Position numbers and translations under genes: made by a program. A stretch of DNA of 64,000 bases from Magallana gigas (Eukaryota). The DNA is taken from NCBI RefSeq assembly GCF_963853765.1, contig NC_088858.1, positions 37,572,001 to 37,636,000 on the forward strand, given 5' to 3'. The notes below the pieces were generated by a model. That model was not told the origin of the DNA. It saw only the letters and a list, made by a program, of their open reading frames with translations, and ran no database searches. Shown piece by piece: positions 1 through 12,270 of the stretch (position 1 is the stretch's first letter; each line of letters opens with the position of its first letter).

Positions 1-300
1 TTTGTTATGAAATTGTTATATGGGATCAAATACAATAATGTATAACATGCTTCAATACTGTGTAATATTGTATGATACAATATCATATCTTGACACAATG
101 TCATATTATATGTAAATATGTCATATTATATAATTGTATATTACACTATTATATTGTTTCATATGATATATCATATGACACAATAAGGTATAGTATTATA
201 GGATGCAATATCATATTTTATATAAGTGTATTGAGTAACAGTGTATCTTACAATGCCGTATGAAATTAACATAAGATTATCAAACAATATTTTTACATAT
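1..300. repeat. AT-rich low-complexity tract (ATATCATA-like reiteration)
   Basis: Degenerate short repeats, no splice-compatible coding signal. Confidence 0.5.
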
Positions 301-1581
301 GGTATATGATAATGTGTCAAACCACACTACAGTATTCATGAATATCAATGATCATTAACTAAGATTTTCATTTAATACAATAAAGGTGATCTTAAAGAAG
401 TAATGCCTCATAATTTTAAAAGAATGCTGATGATGACTCAGTGAGCTTTGTAGTCTGTGATTACCTATGTTATTTAATACAGCTGTTTTTGATCTATAAT
501 TTTCTTCCAATTTATGGAAATATTACTTTCAACATTATATGGTTTATTTTTGACAAAACACTAAGTTTGACTGTGAGACATGACCTCATTTTTGCAGGAT
601 TAGATTCTAAATAGTTCTTAGAAATAAAAGAATATATTAACTTTTTTAATTTCAGACTGTTGAATACAATTGTTTAATTATGTATACAAAATTAAGTAGT
701 TATATGACATGAAATAACATAGCTATGGCAAAAGTCTTCGTATTTTTTTATTGACCCTTGTAGTTGTTGATATCATTGAAGTTAGTTTTGACCATGTAAC
801 TTTTGTGGCAGTTATCTATCCCATCAATGTAAAGGATGACTTGGCTAAAAAGAGGTTGCTGGTGTGTTATCCTCTCAGTATTTTGATTATGTACCCTTTG
901 CTTGACACACATCAATATGGTAAACAGTGTTAGTAACCCCTATTTCTTTTAGGTCAAAAGCAAAGGGTAAACCTACCCTGGACAAAGGAAGACAATTGTC
1001 TGCATAATATGATCAGGGTCTTTTGCTTGACAGGCATCATGCTTGGTACATTGGTATCTTTGTCCTTAAAAAGTTTGATTTGAAGTCACAGGCTCAAGGT
1101 CAAGGAAATACACTAAACTGGTTCACTGGTATTTTTGACCTTGATTTGAAGTTTAGGTCAAAAATCAAGGATCAAACTACTTATGACAAGGAAAGATATT
1201 TGGGGAGCCCTTTGCTCATTCTCACTATACAGATACAGTGAAAAAATTGATTTTTTTCACCATCTTCAGTCTCTACTTCCACCTTGGGCACATATCTTTT
1301 CAATACATTTCTTGTTAAATAAATAATATTATTGTTTATATTTGCAAACTTGTTCTAATTTATTCACAGTGAGTGCCAATAAAATAATATTATTGTGTCC
1401 GATGATCTGAAGAGGTTGCCCATCTTCAAATTTGGACTTATCTTCCAGTTTGCTTATTGATTTTAACCTGTTTTAACCAGTTTTAACAAGATCTATCCAG
1501 TAATTAATACAGTTTATAGTCTTGTATGAACAAATACAAAATGGGTGTAATTATCACTTATTTGTGGATCCTCTCTTGCAG

Positions 1582-4500
1582 GGATTTTTCAGACGGATAG
1601 CCAAGGAGAAAGGAAATAAACAGTATCGCTGTTCGAAGTCCCAGAACTGTGAAGTTACCACAGGGACGAGAAATTTATGTAGAGCATGTCGCTACCAAAA
1701 GTGTCTTGACATTGGAATGTCTATAGAAGGTAAGTCAATTTTTTATCTCCTTTGTTTTATCCTACCTAATAGATGATGTAGTGAACATTTTTGTAATCCT
1801 TGACTGTTGGGGCTAGTAAATTACACAGCACCTGGAGTCAAATGTTTGATTGATCATCATCTCTGTCATTCAAAACACTTGCGCATTTTCAAATGAGAAG
1901 ACTGTTATTCCTGTGACCCATTTTTAGTTGCATGGCCACATGTTTTTTTACGATCTATTTTGAGATGATGTATTTTTTACGATTATGTTAATGTTGAGGT
2001 TAATTTATAATATACTTCTTTTCTTAATTTTTTTAAATAACCTCTTCAGAGCAAATTATTTTCTGAGATCAGTGTTAATCTGTAATTATAAATTCATCTT
2101 GACAAATAAAATCATTTAATAGTTGGGTCAGTTTTAGCCATAAAATTTAGGACACAAATATGCACATGGACTTTCTAGTAAACATCAAAACCACCTTTCA
2201 CTATAGGTAAATATTTTACATATCATGAATCAAGGTCTGTCACAGTAAGATTGTGATTTTTAATGGACTAAAAACATTATTGCATGGTTTATCAATCAAC
2301 AAATCATTCCTACAGATGATATACAATACATGTGTACTTATTAAAATCAAAGTACTGAAGTGCTGACGGGAGTTGATTTTATTGATTATCATTTTTTTAA
2401 AAATCAGCGATATGTGAATTAGCATGGCAAGTAGTATCAGTAATTAAACTTTTTCTGAGAAATAATATGGATCCAGGCAAGACTGAAGTTTTGTTCAACC
2501 AAACGCTCGACTGTCTCTGTTTATCTCCGACAATCAAGAGAGACTCTTTGTTTTGTCGGATATTAACGAAGACAGCCGAGCGTCTGGTTGAACGAGACTA
2601 GTACATTGAAGTTAAGCGTATGAATACAAGCATACGACTTCAAAAAATATCTAAACTATTTGTACCATTTAAAATCTTACAATTTTCATGGTATTAATAA
2701 ATAGGTTTTCTTGAAAAACAATGCTTCAGAATACATTGCATCAAATTTTATCGATTATTTTCAGGAACTAAGTGTTGTCAGCAGTATTGATTTGTGCTTA
2801 GGTCCAAACACTGTTTTACTTTCGGTTTGCCCGAGTAAGTGCATAGGAGAGTTGATTAAAATCAACTCCCAAAAAGTAAATGGCTAATTAGGACCATCAA
2901 TTTTTTTTATGTATATAAAACAGTGATAGAAAATAAAGGTATATGAACTGGTCTAAAAATATTTTAAATAGCCCTTGTGACTTATCATTATATTTTATTA
3001 TGCCCCCTTTTGAAGAAGGAAGGGCATATTGCTTTGCTGCCCTATGCTAAGTTGATAGTACGAGTACTTTTCCTCAAAATTTATGTTTATATTTAAAACT
3101 TTATGATTTATACAATATTTACATTATTTTTAAATCTTTTGTTTTTAGCCAGCAGAATAGGACGACAGCCAAACTCAGTCAAACATGCCATTAACCTGGA
3201 ATTGCAAAAAGCCAAGAGTTCAGCTGCATCTAATGTTAGCAATAGTAACATAGACTTTCAGAGTTTGAACAATCCAGGTCTTGATTTCAACTCTTTGTCT
3301 GGTGTGAACGCTGATTTAGAAATGTCAGGAGCAGATCCAGATGAAGTGGAGTACTCGGAGTCGGATCAATCCAGAGAGTCAGCTAGTCTGGACCTTGTTA
3401 CAATTAAAATTAAGCAGGAGCCCATGGATTTTGATCTAGAGGGGGAAAGAAATTGCCATCACTCAGAACCTTGTAGATTGGACAATGGCAACTCTCTTCC
3501 TCAGCCTGCAGTTGAAAAACAAGCCAAGGCCATTTATGAAAGCACAAAAAAGATAATTGATGAAATCAATCTTGCTCTGATAAAAGCCGGCTCAGTAAGT
3601 TACACTAATTTCTTGCTTTTGTTCAGATAAGTCTGCTTACATAGTAGAGTCATATATTCTATTTTGTACCATTGACAAAAGACAAAGCCATGGGATATGA
3701 AAATCTATAGTTAAATATTTAATTTATCTATCCATTCCACTTTTATGTCGGGTCCATTTTTATTAAAGAAATATCAGAGGCTTATACTTTGTAAAACCTT
3801 GTGACCTTATATATATTGTTAAGACCTTGATCTAGGGTCATTGTCCAGAGTCAAGGTCACCCGTGCACCGTAATTATTGTAATCGTTATTGTGACAGCTC
3901 CAGTTTAAATTTAGGCAAGCTGCTTTAACTCAGTACAGGATTAGTGCTGATGGTTTGCTGTTGTGTCTGACCTGAAGAGAATAATAGTTCATTGAGTTTT
4001 ATTACCAGAGGGTTATATTAATTAAAACCTTTGATTACGGACAAGACAAAATTGCCAATAAGCGCTTCTGGTCTGCTGTCTTGAATGGAAATCAGTTTTG
4101 TGTGATAACGTTACCAGAAGAATTTCTTAAGCCAATGCTTTTCTCTTAGGTCTGTCTCAGTCTCATTACCATTTGTTTTCTTTTCATGTGTTCAAGCTAT
4201 AGTTTCATTTTTTGGGAGTTGATTTTAATCAACTCTCCTATGCAGTCACTCTGGCAAATCGAAAGTGAAACGGTGTTTGGACCTAAGCACAAATCATCAC
4301 CGCTGACAAGTCTTAGTTCTTGAATTTAATAGAAAAATTTGATGTAATGTATGCTGAAGCATTGTTTTTCAAGGAAACATATCTATAAACACTTTGAAAA
4401 TAGTAAGATTTTATATAATACGAACAATTTAGATATTTATGTAGTCTCATGTATTCCTATGCCAGAGTTTAATATAGTCTCGTTCAACCAAAAGCTCGGC

Positions 4501-7500
4501 TGTCTCCTTAAATCTCCGACAAACAGAGAGGCTCTCTTGCTTTTCGGAGATTAACGGAGAAAGCTGAGCGTCTGGTTGAATGAGACTGGAGTTCAATATC
4601 AATGGTGCTTGGATCCATACAATTTTTAGAATTGTTTCGATTACTCTAACATAGTTTGAAATCTATCTTTAAATATTACAACGTGATTCATATGGGGTTT
4701 CTTGTCTGAAAATTCTAATTAAAATTCATATTATAAAAAAGTGCGTAATTTAAATACAGACTAGAAACTAATTGCCACGCAAGATAAGTTGATTTTAAAA
4801 TAAATGAAAATCAACTCCTGTCAGTACTTCAGTACTTTGATTATTATATTTCAATCAATAGAGAGGTTGTGGGTACAGTGAATTAGAAAGATGTGGCTTC
4901 AACAAGACATTAATCTGGAAGAACCTCTCAAATGCATTCAACCTAAAGTCAGGAGAATTAGTGGCAGCTCTAAAAATGTTTCCAGGTAATGTACAGTTCT
5001 GTAGTCCTCATTGAAATTAGAATTCATTCAGTCCGCATCACTGACAAATGAAATGGATGATTTAAGGTGATCAGTGCACCACAAAGCAAACTTTGATCTA
5101 ATTTGCACATTATTATGTTTTGTTCATACCAAATCAGATGAAGGCAAAGAAAATGGCTTTACCAAATTATCCAAACTGACCTAGAAATTGGTTAATAAAA
5201 AAAACTATACTAAAACATTCATGATCATTTTTAACGTTTCGAAACCAAATAAAAAAGGACAAGGATGTATCAACTTCATTTTAGCTCACCTGAGCCAAAG
5301 GCTCAAGTGAGCTTTTTTGATCAAGATTTGTCCATTGTCTGTCTTTATTGTCATAAACTTTTTACATTTTCATCATCTTCTCTAGAACAACTTGGCCAAT
5401 TTCAACTTAACTTGGTAGAAAGCACCATTGGGTGAAGGGGATTCAAGTTTTTTAAATGAAAGGCCAAATCCTTTTAAAAGGGGAGATGATTTAGAATAAT
5501 TGAACATTTTTTGGTATTTTTCAATTTCAAAAAATATTCAATATTTCAATTTGTTCAATTCAATTGGGCCAGAAAAGGTGGAAATTTTGTTGAAGCATCC
5601 TCAGGTAGTGTAGATTCATGTTTTTTTTCAATCATGATCCCCAGGGGTAGAGTTGGGGCACAATGGGAGGATCAAGTTTCACATAAGAATATATAGAGAA
5701 AATCTTTAAAATCCATTGGGTCAGAAAGAGAGAAGGGTGGGGCCACAATGAGAGGAGTTTTACACAGAATTATGTAGAGAAAATCTTTGAAATCCATCTT
5801 CTCAAAAACAATTTGGTCAAAAAAGCTCAAATTTGTATGGAAGCATACTCTGGTAGTATAGATTTATATTTGTTTAAATTATGATCCCCAGGGGTGGGGT
5901 TGGATCACAATTGGATGATCAAGTTTTACATAAGAATATATAGAGAAAATCTTTAAAAATCATCTTCTCAAAACATATTAGGCCAGAAGAGCTCAAAATT
6001 GTGTGGAAGCATACTCAGGTAGTGTTGATTCAAATTCTTTCAAATCATGGTCACCAGGGTATGATGGGGCCACAATGGGGGTCTTTTTTTTATATAGGAA
6101 GATATAGAGAAAAATCTTTAAAAATCTTCAGGAAAAGCATTCAGTCAAAAGATGGGAAACGTGTGAAAACACAGGTTGTGCAGATTAAAGTTTGATCAAA
6201 CCATGATTCCCATGTGAAAAGTGGGGCCACAAAGGGGGGACTTTAAATACGAATAGAGAAAAATCTTCTAAAAAAAAACTACAAAAGGGGCTTGATATTT
6301 ACCATAAAAATATCTGGATAAGAACCGGAAGATTTTTTATCTTATTGTGCAAGATCTGTCATGTCTACTGTACTTAATTGTCAAGATATTTTGATTTTGA
6401 TGCTGTTATGCTAATTTGATCAGAGTTATGGCTATTGTTGCTCAGGTGAGTGATGTGGCCCCTTGGCCTTGTTGCTTTTTTGTTGGGTTGAGGATTTGTT
6501 GTTGTTAATAAGCAATATTAATTTGCTCAACTAAAAAATATGATTATTTGATAAGTTTCTCATTAATATAATAAATACAATTTTAAAAGTGAATAAACAG
6601 CATTGTTTTTAAAAAAATAACTTACTGGTAAACATGGATTGCTTACTACCAGTGGCGTAGCTGCCGTTAGGCAATTAAGGCATGTGCCTACACATTATTT
6701 TAAGACCAAAAATTAAAAATGTTAAAATGTCACTTTTAATTAAAAAAAATGTAAAAAAAAAAATTAAAAAAAAATACCTTAAAGCAAATACTTTAGTATA
6801 TGTCTTTTCTCTATTTCAAGACTGATTGTTTGACGTCACAAATGCGATCTCTACTATTGTTGATAAAAGGACTGTACTAAGTATATGATATGGGCCTAAT
6901 ATGGCCCCCTAAAATGAACATCATTAATTTACTGTAATTCTTTCCTATGATATGATAATATGACAATTTAATGTACCTGAAACACTTTAAAAAATTGCAA
7001 ATAATAAGGGGCCAAATTTGACTCATATCATATAGTTCTTTGTGGCTAATAAAAATATATGCCTTGACTTCGTGTAACATCAAGTACGACTATGTAATTA
7101 AAAAACAAAGCAATATTTCTGTTTTCTTATTAAAATCTAAAATAACCATTGCAACTGTTTTTGACTTGTGCCATTCAATTACAAAGTCCTAATATGTAGA
7201 TTCTTTAAACATAGTCATATACCGAAAAAGAGGTTATTCACGTGTTGTGGAAATTTACACTAGTTTTGCTGTAAGCTTAAAAGTGTCAAATATTTCCACA
7301 CATATGGTAAATAACTAACATCTCTAATGTTGTAAATTATGCATTCCCATGTTTAATACCTACATGACCATAGAAAATGTGTACTTTACCACCAGAGTAT
7401 ATATTAACCAATTTTACAGTAAAATAGTTTGAACAAATCCATAATGTATTTTGTTATTTTGGGCATAAATTCAGAGCACCAAGAGAAATGAACATACTAT

Positions 7501-9091
7501 CTAACTGTATCCAAAGGGAACCAACGGCAATGATACCCCTTGTGTTAAATTGAATAATCTGATGGCGAAAAACTTTTTTTTAACAAATTTATTTTTGAAA
7601 ATATATTTCTTTTTAGTTTTCAAAATCCTTGAACTAGATGACCGGATTACCCTCGTTCAGGACTGCATATATTCTTTGGGTGTATTAAACTTTTCTCGCA
7701 TCTTTAATGCCGAGACGAAGGAGTACACTTTCTTTGGTTACAACAAGACGGAAGAGAAGACAATTATAGAATTTTTTCCGGAGCTTAAGACCATTCAAGA
7801 GGACTTGTTGTATGTAGGTGATTTGATCAAGACAGTGGCCTTCGATGAAGTAGAATTAACTTGCCTTACAGGATTGCTGGTTTTCAATCCAGGTGAGATG
7901 GAAATCTCTTGTTGATCTGGAATGCCTATAAGTCTCTAGTTTTCTCCTCATGAAGTTATTTATCAATATTTTTTTTCCAATGTTTGCAGATGCTCATAAT
8001 CTAAAGAATAGGGAAAAAGTTGAAGAATCGCAAAAATATGTCATGTCATTTTTAGAGGCATATGAGGAGAGTAAGTATTTTAAAGTTTGTTAAAGTTTGT
8101 TAAATATTAGAAATGTCAATGGGAAATGACTAAAACCCCTGATTTATCGACTAACCCAATTAACTGAGTAAAATTGACATCCCTGTTAAGTATTGTAAGT
8201 TCCACGTAAAGATAAGGCATCATCTTTGTATATTCTTCCCAAATGCATTGTCTGGATCAAATCTTGTAAGTTTGAATAGATAATTTCTCTAAAATTAATG
8301 TGGATATATTTTCCACTATTAAATAATACAGATAATATTTTGCTATTTTTCTTTGTGTTATAGAGTTGTAGCAGCTGGGATTATTTTTAGATAATTTAGA
8401 GAAATGTTTTATTGAAGGCTTATTGTGATAAAAATGCCAACCAACCAGCCCCCCCCCCCTTTCCCAACTATAAATTCTCACTATTACAGCACTTTCTTAA
8501 GAGTTAAATAAATAATTCTTAGATTGACTGTACAAGTACCATCACTTAACACTTCCCACATATTCATACTGGTAATTGAATACCAAGGGAAAACACTAAT
8601 TCCACCCAAACTGTTCAATATCTTTTTTTTTTTTTTTTAATTTTCTTTTTATCACTGTAAGTAGTGTACTTAACAGCTTAGTGAGCTAGCCAGACGATCT
8701 GTATGATTTGTTTTTGTTCAGACTCTACCGAAGAAAACAACTTTGGATTTTGAACAATATCTAACAAGCAATTTTCCTAAATTGGTTCCTGTGGGTTGAC
8801 ATCTGAGCTCATACTGCATAATATATGCTTCATTAAAGAATATTAAAATTTTGATATATGTAGGTTACCTATTAAATTGAAAAATAAGTTGTTTATTAAA
8901 AATATTTTCTAACTATTGTAGAAAAGTATAACAATTGGGAGCTACGCTTTGGAATGTTGGTTCTGCGAATTGGAGACTTGATGAGTCTAAACCAACGCCA
9001 TTTTGTCACCATGAGTAAAATATTCCAGTCAGATCCGAACTTGGAAATTTCCCAGCTGATGAGAGAAGTTTACCACCTTAATCAGAAATAG
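1582..9091 (+). CDS. Nuclear receptor, 5'-partial (second C4 zinc finger, hinge, ligand-binding domain); possibly a 2DBD-type receptor
   Basis: Exons 1582-1729, 3149-3594, 4862-4985, 7617-7892, 7990-8070, 8922-9091 are all GT-AG with consistent phases (414 aa, TAG at 9089-9091). DBD: GFFRR...C-X5-C-X9-C-X2-C RYQKCLDIGMS, followed by SRIGRQP. LBD signature ALKMFPVFKILELDDRITLV, helix 9-10 RFGMLVLRIGDL, AF-2-like LMREVY. The first zinc finger is not in the window. Confidence 0.92.
2346..2875 (+). mobile_element. Non-autonomous Helentron/HINE-like repeat, copy 1, with internal ~110-bp hairpin
   Basis: Subterminal inverted repeat GGGAGTTGATTTT/AAAATCAACTCCC, terminal palindrome GGAGAGTTGATTAAAATCAACTCCC next to an A/T run, and a hairpin at 2490-2600. 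Homologous to 4209-4841 and 44878-46445. Confidence 0.7.
4209..4841 (-). mobile_element. Same Helentron/HINE-like family, copy 2 (inverted relative to copy 1)
   Basis: Reverse-complement similarity to 2346-2875 across both ends. The hairpin at 4475-4588 is flanked by GAGTTYAATA direct repeats. Confidence 0.7.
5279..6473 (+). mobile_element. Pearl/Helitron-N-like non-autonomous element with internal ~165-170-bp tandem satellite-like units
   Basis: Starts TTTTAGCTCACCTGAGC and ends GCTCAGGTGAG..GTGGCCC..GGCCTTGTT (subterminal inverted repeat). About 4 degenerate internal units recur (GAAGCATxCTCAGGTAGTG..GGGCCACAAT..AGAGAAAATCTTTAAAA). Confidence 0.7.
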
Positions 9092-9849
9092 ATTGATACA
9101 GTGGTGTATTAATCTGCTTGTTATTTGCACACTGTTCATAAAACACATCTGAAGGAAATTGACAATCACAACAGCCATTATCATAGTGTTAACAATGCAA
9201 TCAATTCGTTGTCCTTTGTTTTTGTTTAAAATGCTTTTATTTAGTACCATCTAGCTATCCTGTACAGGGAATATATTTTTAAAAGTATATATATGTATAT
9301 ACTCATCATCTGTTATGTACATTAGCTCTCCCTGATACTGATAGTGTGAAATGTTGTTGTGACTAATTTTAATATAGTGATTCATTTACTAAAAGTTGCT
9401 CCAATAATCTCTTGTGTACAACGAACTTTACTTTATTGAGAAAATTAATGCGAAAATTTATTTTTTTTCTCTACCAGATGCATGAATGTTCAAAATTTAG
9501 CACTTTTAATATTAAAGTCACTGTGACAAATGTAATTACAGGAACATAGATCATCATCTTCTCGAAGAGAAAACCTAAGTAATAGATGTTAAATTTTTAA
9601 GTCACCTGATATCTATACACATATGAATCACACCTTGTTTGTGAAACAACAAGTTGATCCCACTTTTTCTCAACATTTGCATTACTTTCATAGACTATTC
9701 ATTTTACTATAATCGTGGATATTCTTCAGATATTAAAAAATTTACCAATTTCATGAAAGGTATAAATACAGTATTTTACTAGAATGTACAAAAACATTCG
9801 CAATGAAAACTCAAGTCGGTCTCCTTAATTGTATTCATTACAAAACTTG

Positions 9850-10026
9850 TACAGTAAAACATGGTTATAGTGAACACGCTTATAATGAATTGATGCTGAC
9901 AGTGAAGCAATTTTCATTCCCCTTGACTTTATTACATATTGTAAAATTGACAGATAAATGAGTTATGCTTATAACAAAGTAAAATCTCCCGTCCCTGGCG
10001 CTTCATAACAACCGTGTTTTACAGTA
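9850..10026. mobile_element. Tc1/mariner(pogo)-like MITE, TIR CAGTAAAACACGG, TA TSD
   Basis: Inverted termini. Related copy at 39732-39888 and a partial copy at about 17075-17165. Confidence 0.65.
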
Positions 10027-10091
10027 TAGGGTTTTAAGCCCTGAACTACCTAAATAAGGATTGTTGCATTAAGTTTGATCTTGTTCATATA

Positions 10092-10467
10092 GGCTGCATT
10101 CAAGATCATAGCAGCTAGCCTACCCACTAGGTCATAGATATCTAGGTCTATTGAACGGACTGCTAGGTTAGCTGCTAGGTCTCAGAATTGAAGTTGAATA
10201 TATTCAACTAAATATTAATTACATCGACATAATTTGTTAATTTCAAGCGGAAATATACATGTTAAAATTCGTTATAACTTTAAGGATGAATAAAATATCA
10301 CTAGATAAATAGATTTCATGTTTGTTACAAAGTGGTAACTAAGGTGGCCATCTTGAATTTGATGCTTAGCATAAAATATTTTGGCTACGAATATCTACAT
10401 AGAAGCTAGGCTAGCTTACCGTTCAACTACATAGCCCTCTGTAGCAGCTACGATCTTGAACGCAGCC
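10092..10467. mobile_element. MITE with 26-bp TIR GGCTGCRTTCAAGATCRTAGCWGCTA
   Basis: Left and right ends are reverse complements with 3 mismatches. No clear TSD. Confidence 0.65.
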
Positions 10468-12066
10468 CTGGTCTTTAAAGGGACTTTACACAATTTGAGC
10501 TTAATTTTTTCTAAATTTATTTTTACATTCTAAATGTCTAGAATGGTTATATGGATGTTTTATATGCAAAATTTAAATGTCTAATATGGAGACAAGCGAG
10601 TTTCAGAGTTAAGAAATCTTTGTTTCCTAAACAAAGCTTGAGTCTTGTTATTGTTTACATATGAATTATAAGTTTCAATCCAATGTTGCTTTTTGTTGTT
10701 GATAAAATTATATATGAACACATTGAATCAGATTATCTTGTTTTAATTACAAGTTAGTTTGTAAAAGAAATGGTAATTCCTTTACTTTTCATTATTTGTA
10801 AAGAAATACCGATATAAGACTTGATCTAGAGCTTTAAATAAACATAATAACGACTTCTTTCCTCTGTATCTTGCTTGCATCTTGACATTTTCTTTCAATC
10901 ATTCAAAACGCACAATCAAACTATTTGATACATTAATTAAGAATTAAAAACTAAAATTTTATTCTAAATTCGTGTGTAGGTACCTTTAAAGTTCATTTCA
11001 TTGTGAAAAAAAATTAATTTTATTTGATATAATTAATAAAAACTTCAGATTTTTAAAACAGGGTATATACATGTAGATATATTAATGTGTTCGTTTTTGA
11101 GGTCATTTTTTGTTAGTTGGTAGATGGTTTGTTTTGTGATCAGTGAACTACTGTATTGATTGCCTGCAAGTTGTTTGTGTCAGGGATACATTTCTTGTGT
11201 CCATTAGTGAAGTGGTGCATTTTTTTGCCTTTTATCACTTTAGAACCAGTTGATAACTTTAGTAGGAATATAGTTTACGCTTTACAATTATGATATGATA
11301 ATTTTACTTTTCCTTGAACAGAGCTAGTATAATGTTATGCATCAATATACATTGGCTTATGGTAGTAGCTTTTCAAATCTCTGTTTATAATGAGATTTTC
11401 AGTTAATATAAACAACTTTCTATATACTCATACAGTTCATACAGTGGCTTTGAAGGAAAGGAATTAAGCTTATTTGCTTCTGATGTGCATGCACTTCTTG
11501 CAGGCATATTTTTTTAAGTACACATGATTAAAACACTTACTCATTTGACATTTTCATCCATCTTACACAGTCATGCACTTTCACAATATATCATGCTGAT
11601 GGTAATTCTTTTCCCATTATGAAAACGTAAACGTATGATGTGTATATATTTAACATGCATGATATTTGGTGGAAAATCATTTTTCAACAAGTTAGGGTGT
11701 ATTGGAATTGGCATAGTTCTGAATGTGCCTATTTTAAAACATATGGCATTTAATGATTAGTGGAAGCATGCGGCTTTCTGCCAAAAAGGCTAAAATGAAT
11801 AAACAGCCAAATTTAGAATATTCACATTATTACCTCACATGAAAGTGATAAATATCTGGGTACACATACCTGGTATTATAATTTTTTCAAGTAATTCAGC
11901 TTTTTCTTTTAAATGATCATATTAGGAATGGTGCTACCACTGCTCAAAAACCCTTTTGGAATACAGATTTTACAAAACTTGTCTTTCAAAAAGCAAAATA
12001 TTATTTGACTACCAAACATTCCTCGGAATCATATCATATCACTGCAAAGTCAGGGCTTTCTGTGGG

Positions 12067-12270
12067 TACTGTGGATTTCTTTATTCTGGGAGTCATCCGT
12101 TTTGCATCAAATTGCGAGAATATGAAAACGCAAATGCATAATTTTTTATCATGGTTTCATTTAGATTACATCTGCCTGAAAAATTAAAGCAGGATTTAAA
12201 ATTTGCAAGATTTGCTTCTCATGTTTTTATGCAGAAATTTATTCCTTGCGTTTAAATAGGAATCTACGGT
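12067..12270. mobile_element. Old, CpG-decayed copy of the MITE family at 21634-21856
   Basis: Shares TACTGTGGATTTC/GGAATCTACGGTA ends and internal blocks, with CpG->TpG/CpA changes. Confidence 0.6.

Noticed and set aside
9031-9043. 13-nt match to the miR-100 mature sequence (AGATCCGAACTTG)
   Set aside because: It lies in a coding exon in sense orientation, lacks the seed and has no hairpin. A chance match.
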